Shown here: positions 1-7,982 of the stretch, piece after piece
Layout: each line of letters begins with the position of its first letter
Position numbering within the stretch: the first letter of the stretch is position 1
Assembly: GCA_041738755.1 (NCBI GenBank)
Contig: JBGSPE010000006.1
Span: 1-61,745, forward strand
DNA: 61,745 bases
Direction: 5' to 3'
Source: Minisyncoccia bacterium
Lineage (GTDB): Bacteria; Patescibacteriota; Minisyncoccia; Phycocordibacterales; UBA918
Notes under the pieces: model-generated
Told to the model about the DNA's origin: nothing
What the model saw: the letters and a program-made list of their open reading frames with translations, nothing else
The model's database searches: none
Translations under genes and position numbers: made by a program

Positions 1-31
1 TTGGTCGTAGGTTCGAATCCTACCCGCGGAG
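1..31 (+). tRNA. 3' portion of a tRNA gene, truncated by the window edge; isotype not determinable
   Basis: T-arm GTAGG(7-11)-TTCGAAT(12-18)-CCTAC(19-23), then 3' acceptor strand CCGCGGA and discriminator G. CCA is not encoded. Confidence 0.6.
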
Positions 32-1588
32 CAATGCAGGACAAAGCGACTTGAAAGAGTCGTTTTGTCGTTTATTAGAGCGGTGTTTCTTAGGTTCGAA
101 ACTATTTTCAGCGTCTATCTTCTCCTGAACACGTTTAGAAATCACTTCTATAGGTTTCTTGAGTGTAGGCACCACTATTTCGTCCTTTAATACAAGGTTC
201 GAAAAAATATGAGATAAAAGAAGTCTTCTTTCTTCAGGACTTCTTTTTTCATATATCTCTCTTGCTCTATGAGCGAGATCTAGAATGTTTAACCATATCT
301 CGAAATACTTTGTCTCGACATTCTTAATCCTCTCCATTTGAGTTCGTATGTCTTCTTGCTCTTTGTTAATCTCGGCTTGTTTACTATCCCAGTAAGTAGT
401 ACTGATCTTTTGATCGAGTCTATCGTTATAGAGTATGTCCAATCGGCTCTGTAATTGAATGTAGCGTGAATTGAGAGTCTTCAGAGTAGTTTCCTTGTAT
501 TCTATTTCCTGAGCGTGATTTTCTTTAATTTTAGCTTTAATAGCTTCTGCTTCAGCAGGAGTAATATTTTCAAAAAATTTAAACACGCCGAAGAGTTGCT
601 CTTCAATCTCAGCTTCGGGTGTATATGGCTTCTGAGTACATTCGTGATAATGACTACAGTGATAGTAAACAATTCCTTTCTGCAGTTCAGCCGTCACAGT
701 TCCTTTGCACTCACCGCACTTCATTGTCTTCTTGAATTGGAAACTATGTTTACTATAGGTTGGAGCAAGCGATCCTTTACGGACACTCATAGCTTTATCG
801 AATAGTTCTTTGGTAATAATAGCTTCTTGTTTACCCTCGACATACAAGATATCCTTCCACCTCATAGATCCATAATAAAATGGTTCGTTAAGCATTTTCT
901 CGACAGTACTCTTAGATGGTTTGTTTCCAGCCCTTGTTCTGAAACCTGCCTTATATAACTCCTGTCGTACTGCTTCCATAGAGTAATTACCGCTAGCATA
1001 AAGATCAAAAGCGCTTTTAATATAAGGCGCCACATCAGGGTCGATGACGTGAATCTTATGCCCCTTATCGCCAATTGTCTTGTATCCAAGTGGAGGTTTT
1101 GTTGGTAACCAGCCTTGAGCCAGTTTTTCTGCCTGACCTTTCTTAACTTCTTCCGAAAGATTAGAAATAAACTTTTTTGCTAATACGATCTCCATATCCC
1201 ATCGAAATTTCTCGTCAGATTTTGCGTGTCTATGAAGTATCAGATTCTGCTTAACGAAGTGAATTTTTCTTTCGATATCTGCGTCAATCCAATCGTTAGC
1301 AAACACAGCTTCTTTCAAATTTCTTGTTAATCTATCAACCTTCTCAACAACTAAGTTTTTAATATCTCGCTTTTCTATAAAATCCATCATCTCTGCAAAG
1401 ACTTTTCTTTGCTTTGCACCACTTGCACTCTCTGCAACTGAGAAGACTTTGACTACAGATAAGCCTTTACGAGTAGAGTACTCGTTTAGTAATTTTTCTT
1501 GTGAAGGCAAGGAATAACCTGTCTCTTCTTGTTCTTTAGAAGAAACTCGACAATATAGTACTGAACTATTTACATCGGAACTTTTCAT
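20..1588 (-). CDS. Large serine recombinase (integrase)
   Basis: N-terminal resolvase catalytic motif YCRVSSKEQ. Followed by a recombinase domain, a Cys-rich zinc ribbon (CGECKG...YYHCSHYHEC) and a long C-terminal coiled coil. 522 aa. Confidence 0.93.
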   Translation of the reverse strand: MKSSDVNSSVLYCRVSSKEQEETGYSLPSQEKLLNEYSTRKGLSVVKVFSVAESASGAKQRKVFAEMMDFIEKRDIKNLVVEKVDRLTRNLKEAVFANDWIDADIERKIHFVKQNLILHRHAKSDEKFRWDMEIVLAKKFISNLSEEVKKGQAEKLAQGWLPTKPPLGYKTIGDKGHKIHVIDPDVAPYIKSAFDLYASGNYSMEAVRQELYKAGFRTRAGNKPSKSTVEKMLNEPFYYGSMRWKDILYVEGKQEAIITKELFDKAMSVRKGSLAPTYSKHSFQFKKTMKCGECKGTVTAELQKGIVYYHCSHYHECTQKPYTPEAEIEEQLFGVFKFFENITPAEAEAIKAKIKENHAQEIEYKETTLKTLNSRYIQLQSRLDILYNDRLDQKISTTYWDSKQAEINKEQEDIRTQMERIKNVETKYFEIWLNILDLAHRAREIYEKRSPEERRLLLSHIFSNLVLKDEIVVPTLKKPIEVISKRVQEKIDAENSFEPKKHRSNKRQNDSFKSLCPALLRG

Positions 1589-1946
1589 AACATCATTTTA
1601 TCTTAATTTTTGACAATACGCCCCGCTTATCCCTTATGAGACTCTCACTTGGACTTCTATTCATTACTTCTTTATGTGGTTTGAGTTTGGATACACAACT
1701 AAGACTCCCTTCAGAAAAGCTAGTCCTCAGGACTGGCAGTTCACTTTTCTTTATTTTTCTCTTAGTTTATATCGGAGAGCATTAGATCTAAGTCAGACGG
1801 CAGGGTGGTAAGCGGTGCAACCATTTTCCCTGCTTTCGCACCTAGACCCAATAACTCCCTTGATTGTTTGCGCCTTGAGTTGATTGCCATAAACAAAGCG
1901 TTTTTAAAGAGCTTCTTTTACTTCTCTGCTCTTTGAAGAAGGTTTC

Positions 1947-2138
1947 TCAAACGATGTGGTCTTTTTGGAAGACGCTAGAAGAGGTCTCCCTCTCAGTCAA
2001 AGAGAGACCTTTTCCAATTTCCTCCACCTCGGCTCTATGCGTAAGCGCATCCTCATAATCAAACTTAGCAAGCAAGTCAAAGAAGCTCGCTAGCTCGGAG
2101 ATATCCTGCTTATTTAATTGTGAGTTACTGAAAGCCAT
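1947..2138 (-). CDS. Hypothetical small acidic protein
   Basis: ORF only; no clear SD; lies in a 1-kb otherwise non-coding stretch. Confidence 0.25.
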   Translation of the reverse strand: MAFSNSQLNKQDISELASFFDLLAKFDYEDALTHRAEVEEIGKGLSLTERETSSSVFQKDHIV

Positions 2139-2509
2139 ATTTGTTCACAGCAGGTGAAACAAATTTATGCTTAGGTAACAAAAAACTCGAAAGTAGAATG
2201 GAACTTAAGACACAAAGTGTCTCTGAGTTCATCTAATTTCGAGTTCTCTGACCGTTTAGCTTTTTCTTGTCGACTGGATTTCTCAATGACCAATCGGGAA
2301 AAGTGAAGCTTAAGACTGAGGTTTTCTCAAGATGAGTTTTATTTAGCTGTAATTAAATTATAGCACTTTGATGGCTTAAACTAAGGGGATAAGTGACTGC
2401 AACACAGTTCTAAATAGTTAACAAATTTAATTTCAAAAACGCCTTATTTCATTGCAGTTTTTATTTCTGATATACTTACACTCGACAACTTAATAATTGC
2501 TCACCTAAC

Positions 2510-2531
2510 CCTTGCTGTAAGTACAGCAAGG
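2510..2531. repeat. Near-perfect 22-bp palindrome CCTTGCTGTA-AG-TACAGCAAGG
   Basis: Read directly from the sequence; intergenic; likely a protein-binding site or hairpin. Confidence 0.6.
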
Positions 2532-2542
2532 TATGGTGGAAA

Positions 2543-2681
2543 AACGCGACAAATGTAAAGAACCTATCATTAGGGCGTTTGTCGCGTTACATCGGGAAAC
2601 TGGTGTAGAGGTCCTCGGATCTTCCTAGTGATAGGCTTTTTGTGTATATAGCACAACCTCACTATTTTAAACGCGACAAAC
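2543..2681 (+). promoter_or_regulatory. Three copies of an ACGCGACAAA box, a candidate operator set
   Basis: Copies are AACGCGACAAA (2543-2553), the inverted TTTGTCGCGTT (2578-2588) and AAACGCGACAAAC (2669-2681). The first two form an 11-bp inverted repeat. The third lies 3 nt before the ATG at 2684. Confidence 0.5.
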
Positions 2682-2683
2682 TT

Positions 2684-2953
2684 ATGGAAATACTACTACT
2701 AATCATTATTTGGATACTCTCTCAATGGAAGGCGATCTTGGGCTTTTTATTTGTTGTACTAATCTTTAAAATCATTACTAACGATATTGGTAATCTTCTG
2801 AAGAAAATTAACGACATTGACCGCAATGTTAAAGCAATAGCCAAGTCAATGGAAGTTTTTGGGACTGAAGAAGAAAACAAAAAAACCCCTTTGCATAAAA
2901 AAACTTTTACAGAGATTTATAAGGAGCAGAAACGAAAAGACCTAGATATCTAA
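2684..2953 (+). CDS. Hypothetical small membrane protein (N-terminal TM segments plus a charged tail)
   Basis: Hydrophobic N-terminus EILLLIIIWILSQWKAILGFLFVVLIF. I prefer the ATG at 2684 over the GTG at 2642 given in the ORF track. Confidence 0.45.
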   Translation: MEILLLIIIWILSQWKAILGFLFVVLIFKIITNDIGNLLKKINDIDRNVKAIAKSMEVFGTEEENKKTPLHKKTFTEIYKEQKRKDLDI

Positions 2954-2954
2954 C

Positions 2955-3338
2955 CTACAGTCTTTCAATAACCCTATCTGCTATTGCGTCTAAGTTGAAT
3001 CCAAATGGTGGAAAATCATACAATAAATCCTTCTCAAACTCAGTGTCTGTAGAGAAATCTTTCTTGAACTTACGCTCAAGGAGCCACGCTGTAGCTTTCC
3101 AGTCTTTCTCTCCAGCTTTTTCAATACGCTTCATAAGCTTTTGCTTATATTCGATTGCTTTTTGACCCATTTGTTCTGAAAATTCTGAATTTGTACGTTT
3201 CCAGATACACAAAGTATCCTCGGAGATCCCTGCGAGCATTGAGGCATCTCTTTGTGTCATTCCATCTCCTAGAGCGTCTAGAATGATTTTAACCCTCTCT
3301 GGGGTCATTTTATAAGGTTTGGTGACGTGTTCACTCAT
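2955..3338 (-). CDS. HTH DNA-binding protein, phage terminase-small-subunit-like / phBC6A51-type HTH
   Basis: Motif ...MLAGISEDTLCIWKRTNSEF...WLLERK. Same architecture as the ORF at 60982-61440. Confidence 0.65.
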   Translation of the reverse strand: MSEHVTKPYKMTPERVKIILDALGDGMTQRDASMLAGISEDTLCIWKRTNSEFSEQMGQKAIEYKQKLMKRIEKAGEKDWKATAWLLERKFKKDFSTDTEFEKDLLYDFPPFGFNLDAIADRVIERL

Positions 3339-3510
3339 ACTAACCAGTGGTTAATTTATAATGAACGATTTAGATTTTTTGGCTTACGTTTATTATAGCA
3401 AATGTACGTTATAAAGAAAATGACAGTTTTCTGGCAAAATACTTGACTTTTAATACAAAAAGTATAATATAGTAATATAATAATACAAAATATTGTCATA
3501 TTCATAAATT

Positions 3511-4791
3511 ATGTTAATAACAAGAATTAAAGCTAGTAATTTTTACGGAATAAAGGATCCTATCGAAGCAGTCTTCACAGAAGGTGGAGAGAAAGAGAAA
3601 ATAGGATATGTAAATAAAGGAAAAGAGAGAATATCACTTATCTCTGGTTTTTACGGATCCAATGCTTCAGGTAAAAGTACGGTATTAAACGTAATGGATA
3701 CAGTTATTAGAATAATGCTTTCTAAGCAACAAGATTACGTAACAAACCCTAATGGGATAAAGGAAGAAACGATAATTGCTTTCCCGAACTTTAGCTCTGA
3801 CTCAAAAGACAAACCTATTATCTTAGAGATTGACTTTATATTTGGTGACGATGATAACAAGTACAACTATTTGGTCTCAATTATAAATGATGGAAAAGAG
3901 ATATCAGAGGAGGTTCTATACAAGAACGGTAAGAAGATATTTAGTAGAAACGAACACAGAGTTTCTTTCGGTGAGTATATAGAAAAGAAAGTTGGTGATG
4001 TTGTGGCAAAGAATATTATCGCTCCAAAAAAATCTTCCTTCCTCTCAGTTCTTTTGGATGAGACCTCTGATATATCAGTATTTAGTAACCTTAAAACTGA
4101 AATCGGTGTTTCTGAGCTTAAGGAAATAAGAAATAAAATTTGTTTTATAACTGACAAACGGTCAGTCCAAATGGGACAAAATAACATAAACGGATTACTT
4201 GGTTTTGCAGTTAATTACCTCAATGATACTAAGACACAAGAAGAAAAACTTGGAGCTGTTAATTCTGTAGTAAAATACTTCGAGCCTTCATTTGAAAGTC
4301 TTATTATCAAAAAGGGTTCTGATGAGAATCCAATAAACAAGACTTTCTCATTCACTTACGAAGCAAAATACACCAACTTCTATAAAAATCTCGGTATGAT
4401 GGAGCTTTCGGCTGGTACGCGAGAGCTTGTTGCTTACATTAGCGATATTCTGAAGATTATAAAGAACGGCGGTATTGTAGTGTATGACGAAACGAGCAAG
4501 TACTATCATCCAGATATGGAAATTGCGATATTAAACTTATTTAAAGACAAGGATATCAACTTACACAATGCTCAAATATTCTTTTCTTCCCACAACCACG
4601 AAACTTTCGATTTATTGCAAAATAATCAAGCTCACATCCTAGAAAAGAAAGATACAGGTATAACTATAAATAAAGTGTCTGATTATGGGGTTAGGGAGAG
4701 AGACAATATAAAGAGAGTGTATCGCCTAGGTTCTCTTGGTGGTGTCCCTGATACTATCGACTTTAGTAGAATTATAAATAATTTACTTTAA
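3511..4791 (+). CDS. AAA_15/AAA_21-type ABC-like ATPase (AbiLi / AriA-like defence ATPase)
   Basis: N-terminal IKASNFYGIK. Walker A GSNASGKST. Signature-like LSAGTREL. Walker B IVVYDET. FFSSHNHE. Confidence 0.88.
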   Translation: MLITRIKASNFYGIKDPIEAVFTEGGEKEKIGYVNKGKERISLISGFYGSNASGKSTVLNVMDTVIRIMLSKQQDYVTNPNGIKEETIIAFPNFSSDSKDKPIILEIDFIFGDDDNKYNYLVSIINDGKEISEEVLYKNGKKIFSRNEHRVSFGEYIEKKVGDVVAKNIIAPKKSSFLSVLLDETSDISVFSNLKTEIGVSELKEIRNKICFITDKRSVQMGQNNINGLLGFAVNYLNDTKTQEEKLGAVNSVVKYFEPSFESLIIKKGSDENPINKTFSFTYEAKYTNFYKNLGMMELSAGTRELVAYISDILKIIKNGGIVVYDETSKYYHPDMEIAILNLFKDKDINLHNAQIFFSSHNHETFDLLQNNQAHILEKKDTGITINKVSDYGVRERDNIKRVYRLGSLGGVPDTIDFSRIINNLL

Positions 4792-4796
4792 AGCCT

Positions 4797-5372
4797 ATGG
4801 GTAACAAAAAAGGTTTTAAAGTATATTATTTACTCCTAAATGAAGGGACTACTGAGTTTAACTTATTTGCTTATCTAACTAGAAATAAATACAGAGAGCT
4901 TTTTACTGGTTCAAATATTCAATTTAGTAACAAAGTTGAAATTATAAAAGATGGTAATCAAATAATTTCACAAGGTAAATTAGATGGAGTAAGTGATATT
5001 TCTCACTTCACAGCAAAGCATATTTTAATTAAGGAAAAATATGAAAATCAAAGACTGTTTTATTTTCTTGATAAAGATATAGACGATTCTACTGCTATAG
5101 AAACCCTAGTTCTACAAGATGGCGATATTGTTCAATTTTTAGAGTACAACTCAGAACATTTACTACTTAGACTTGCAGGGAGAAGTCCTCAAAATCCAAT
5201 GGATTTTGCAAATTTAGGAGAGTTCCGAACATACTGTAAAAAAGAGTTTGTAAGTCAATTTGGGAAAAATGCTCATAAATTTAAGGATGCAGATTTTGAA
5301 TTGGTATTTAACATACCTACAGAAGAGGAAGTAAGAGCAAGTTTCAGTGAACTTTTTTCCACATTGACTTAA
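4797..5372 (+). CDS. RloB-like / Toprim-like partner protein (AbiLii / AriB-like)
   Basis: N-terminal YYLLLNEGTTEFNLFAYL resembles the RloB EGxxTE..YF motif. Starts 5 nt after the ATPase stop. Confidence 0.6.
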   Translation: MGNKKGFKVYYLLLNEGTTEFNLFAYLTRNKYRELFTGSNIQFSNKVEIIKDGNQIISQGKLDGVSDISHFTAKHILIKEKYENQRLFYFLDKDIDDSTAIETLVLQDGDIVQFLEYNSEHLLLRLAGRSPQNPMDFANLGEFRTYCKKEFVSQFGKNAHKFKDADFELVFNIPTEEEVRASFSELFSTLT

Positions 5373-5477
5373 AGCACTACAGTACAAGCATTTTTATTTC
5401 AGACAAACTAATCGAGGGATAAGGATACTCATCAGCCCAATCTATAGTTCGGAAATCGTCAGTCAAAGCGAGCAATG

Positions 5478-5521
5478 AAAATCCCCGAAAGGGGATTTTC
5501 TTATCGTACCGCGGGAGTAAT
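5478..5521 (+). repeat. Copy A of a repeated hairpin/terminator, plus a degenerate tRNA-end-like tail
   Basis: AAAATCCCCGAAAGGGGATTTT at 5478-5499 is 22/22 identical to 7232-7253. The downstream roughly 18 nt match at about 13/18. Confidence 0.7.
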
Positions 5522-5726
5522 AGTCTGGGAGACTGTTACGTTAGGATTCGAAAAGGTTAGCCAGATAGTTTGGGAGTGAAGTGAATCAAAATATCCAAAC
5601 GCTGCACCGTCCATGTAATGGAAGAATCCTACTATTCAAACGAGTAAGCAATATGAAAGTTTATTTTCATATTGTTCTTACGAGTGCAGAATAGAAGATC
5701 CATTACCAAGGGAATATGGTAATATA

Positions 5727-5755
5727 TTGACAAATTGTAATATATATGATATTAT
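5727..5755 (+). promoter_or_regulatory. Sigma70-like promoter
   Basis: TTGACA (5727-5732), 17-nt spacer, TATTAT (5750-5755). Confidence 0.55.
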
Positions 5756-5785
5756 TTGAAATGGATAGATTTGGAAGGATATGCA

Positions 5786-6040
5786 ATGAGCTTCAATCAT
5801 GCAAATTTGAGCAAAGACCAGCTCGAAAGAAAAATCGACGAACTGTGCGAACAATCTGGCAGCGAAGAAGATCTTCGCCATCTGTTGGTTGAGAATGGCT
5901 TTGACGGTCAGATTGCATCAATCGAGTGGCGTAAGTTCGATAAAAATGGGAAGAACCAATCGACCCAGGTTATGGTCTACTCGAGTTCGAGACACGATCT
6001 CAGCTGTTGGCTGTATGGCTCGCACGTCATTTACGCCTAG
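5786..6040 (+). CDS. Hypothetical protein
   Basis: ATG at 5786 is preceded by GGAAGGA (5773-5779). The track start at 5756 overlaps the predicted -10 element. Confidence 0.5.
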   Translation: MSFNHANLSKDQLERKIDELCEQSGSEEDLRHLLVENGFDGQIASIEWRKFDKNGKNQSTQVMVYSSSRHDLSCWLYGSHVIYA

Positions 6041-6186
6041 CTCAAACAACATCACGAGACCCCAGCGATAACATCAAGGGGTCTCATTTTGTATATAAAA
6101 AGTTCGCACCACAAGGGCATTTCCATTTTTATATTCACTACAATCATTAAAAATTAGGTCAACATCATCCCATAGGCGGAGCACTA

Positions 6187-6215
6187 TTGACAAATACTTA
6201 TTTCATAAGTATATT
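6187..6215 (+). promoter_or_regulatory. Sigma70-like promoter with an embedded palindromic operator
   Basis: TTGACA (6187-6192), 17-nt spacer, TATATT (6210-6215). The inverted repeat ACTTAT-TTC-ATAAGT (6196-6210) sits in the spacer. Confidence 0.55.
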
Positions 6216-6262
6216 GCTATTAGCAAAACAGCACATCAAATTTATCAAAGGGGGTACGACCT

Positions 6263-7036
6263 ATGACAAACAACCAAGCAGTTGCTGAAGCAGCTAAAAG
6301 ACTCTCTGCGTCCAACTTGCGTGCTCACATCGAACGGGTTCAGGGTGCTTGGGGAAATGAAGCGCACCGTATCTTTCCTGTCATCTGGTCGCACATGGAC
6401 GATATTCTGACTCTGGTTGATGCGGGTGATGCAATTTCGAGCATCTTTCGCACCATCCCTGAGTCGGAGTACCAGAACCATGATCCTGGCAAGTTGGACG
6501 AAGGTCTTTGTCGTCGCTTCAGTGAACTTCCACAGTACGCCGATGCGTCAAAGGCGGTTCAGCGGGTCGTTCGTGGCCTGGGCTACGCCGACGTTATCGG
6601 CATCTTCCTGGCAAAAAAGCCGGACAGGTTCAGGTTTGTCATCGGCGGTGTCGGGCCGAAGACGTGGGAGGAATTCCTCGACTGGGTCAAAACCGTCCTG
6701 AGTGAGGAAAGTATCACTGGTGACAAAGCGTCGTTGGCTGCGTTCGAGAAGTTCTCAACGCTCACAGAGCTGCTGCGTCACACTTCAGGCCTCGATTCGT
6801 TCAGTTGGCTCAACCAGCCGTCTGGGCATGAATTGAAGAATGAACCGATTCGTTCGACAGATTGCGAACGTCTACTGGAGATAGGCATCAAAACCACCCC
6901 CGACCTGGCACAGACCAGTGTTCAAGAACTGGCACAGGCCTTTTCTGGCGATGAATTCGCCATGAAGCGTTTGCAGGCGTTTCTCACGAAGCGTGGCCTG
7001 GCATTCGGCATGAAGTTCTTGCCTCAGTGGGGCTAA
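6263..7036 (+). CDS. Hypothetical protein with helix-hairpin-helix-like motifs (possible DNA binding)
   Basis: SD AAGGGGG lies upstream. HhH-like VIGGVGPKTWEEF and C-terminal LLEIGIKTTPDLAQTSVQELAQ. GC-richer than the adjacent island. Confidence 0.55.
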   Translation: MTNNQAVAEAAKRLSASNLRAHIERVQGAWGNEAHRIFPVIWSHMDDILTLVDAGDAISSIFRTIPESEYQNHDPGKLDEGLCRRFSELPQYADASKAVQRVVRGLGYADVIGIFLAKKPDRFRFVIGGVGPKTWEEFLDWVKTVLSEESITGDKASLAAFEKFSTLTELLRHTSGLDSFSWLNQPSGHELKNEPIRSTDCERLLEIGIKTTPDLAQTSVQELAQAFSGDEFAMKRLQAFLTKRGLAFGMKFLPQWG

Positions 7037-7062
7037 CGACCGCTCACAACCAATCTCACTTA

Positions 7063-7089
7063 GAGACCGTTGGAGGGCGGTTTCTTTTT
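7063..7089 (+). terminator. Rho-independent terminator
   Basis: GAGACCG...CGGTTTC stem followed by a T-run. Confidence 0.5.
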
Positions 7090-7231
7090 ATGTACCCAAG
7101 TTCTGAAGCGCCTGATTTTGGAAAAAATACAAAATCCTATTCCGACCTAACTCTTTCTGAATTTGTGACCAGTTTGCTCGTATAAATCTATTTACCAAGA
7201 GTTCTGAACCCGTCCAGCTTAGGGAGCCAAT

Positions 7232-7275
7232 AAAATCCCCGAAAGGGGATTTTTTTTATTGCGACGCGAGAGCGA
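7232..7275 (+). repeat. Copy B of the repeated hairpin/terminator
   Basis: AAAATCCCCGAAAGGGGATTTT at 7232-7253 is identical to 5478-5499, followed by a T-run and a related tail. Confidence 0.7.
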
Positions 7276-7343
7276 GTGACTGGCCCTTTATTGTGGTCCT
7301 ATAAACGCTTCCAATTAGCCAAAAATGCTATATACTAGCCTCC

Positions 7344-7469
7344 ATGTCACGAATAATTGCATTAAGTCCAAAGAAGAATACTTCTAAACGACCATATAAA
7401 TCACCAGCCCGTCTAGCTGCTAAAAAGGAACTATTAGCTAAGAAAGCTGCCAAGAAAGGAAAGAAGTAA
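7344..7469 (+). CDS. Small, highly basic 41-aa protein (too short for the ORF track)
   Basis: Translation MSRIIALSPKKNTSKRPYKSPARLAAKKELLAKKAAKKGKK. TATACT lies just upstream. A strong hairpin terminator follows. Confidence 0.4.
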   Translation: MSRIIALSPKKNTSKRPYKSPARLAAKKELLAKKAAKKGKK

Positions 7470-7480
7470 TAAACATAAAA

Positions 7481-7506
7481 CCACACGTACGTGTGGTTTT
7501 ATTTTT
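7481..7506. terminator. Palindromic hairpin CCACACGT/ACGTGTGG flanked by A and T runs (possibly bidirectional)
   Basis: Read from the sequence, between convergent genes. Confidence 0.6.
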
Positions 7507-7530
7507 CAATATACATTGATACATAAAAAA

Positions 7531-7923
7531 TCACCCGACTGAACTCAGCCGGGTGTCTTGGATCAGGATTGCAAACTCCCCGCGTTCGGTTGGGGTAATT
7601 GCTTCGTGTAAGCTATCCCAACTGTCATCTCGAAAGCGACGCAGTTGTCGAGGTTTGTATTTCACAAACGGTTTGAAGTTGTCTCGAATTTCCTTCAAGA
7701 CCGTTGTATCGTGATGATTATTGTGCATCCCACAAATCACGACCTTGCCCTTGTGTAGGGCGATATAGAATACCGAACGCTTGAACGGTCGAACCCCAAT
7801 CAGGCCACGATCAAGTTTGAAATAGAGCCAAGACGGAGTAAACAGTTTGTGGCCAGTTCGGGCGAGAATCAACTTTGCCTCTTCATAGGCTTTTTCTGGT
7901 GTGAGCGGGGTTTCTATCTTCAC
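7531..7923 (-). CDS. Hypothetical protein
   Basis: 130-aa ORF; no recognisable motifs. Confidence 0.55.
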   Translation of the reverse strand: MKIETPLTPEKAYEEAKLILARTGHKLFTPSWLYFKLDRGLIGVRPFKRSVFYIALHKGKVVICGMHNNHHDTTVLKEIRDNFKPFVKYKPRQLRRFRDDSWDSLHEAITPTERGEFAILIQDTRLSSVG

Positions 7924-7982
7924 AAAGGATCTCCTCTTCCTGTATAAAACATCAAAAGGGGTGGTAATGCAACTCTACAGTT

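Larger units (their letters stand above)
1..5521. mobile_element. Putative integrative island at a tRNA 3' end (serine recombinase, HTH protein, defence gene pair)
   Basis: The recombinase abuts and overlaps the tRNA end. The region is visibly AT-richer than the core (by eye). A degenerate copy of the tRNA terminus, TACCGCGGGAGTAAT (5507-5521), resembles TACCCGCGGAGCAAT (21-35). Confidence 0.5.

Noticed and set aside
3443-3468. TTGACT...TATAAT as the promoter of the ATPase/RloB pair
   Set aside because: The spacer is only 14 nt, too short for a canonical sigma70 promoter. I did not report it as a feature.
3867-4187. 106-aa minus-strand ORF inside the AAA ATPase gene
   Set aside because: It is antisense to a gene with clear Walker motifs and has no supporting signals.
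5541-5556. tRNA T-arm-like fragment (GGATTCGAA / TTCGAATCCTA on the minus strand), considered as a second tRNA gene
   Set aside because: The flanks cannot form a T-stem or an acceptor stem. An 11-nt match to a 33-nt query is only marginally significant. I kept it only as a possible att scar.
6196-6210. 13-nt palindromic core CTTATTTCATAAG shared between 6197-6209 and 59285-59297, considered as a link between the two accessory regions
   Set aside because: A rough order-of-magnitude estimate gives tens of chance 13-mer repeats in a 62-kb window when both strands are counted. It is not significant on its own.
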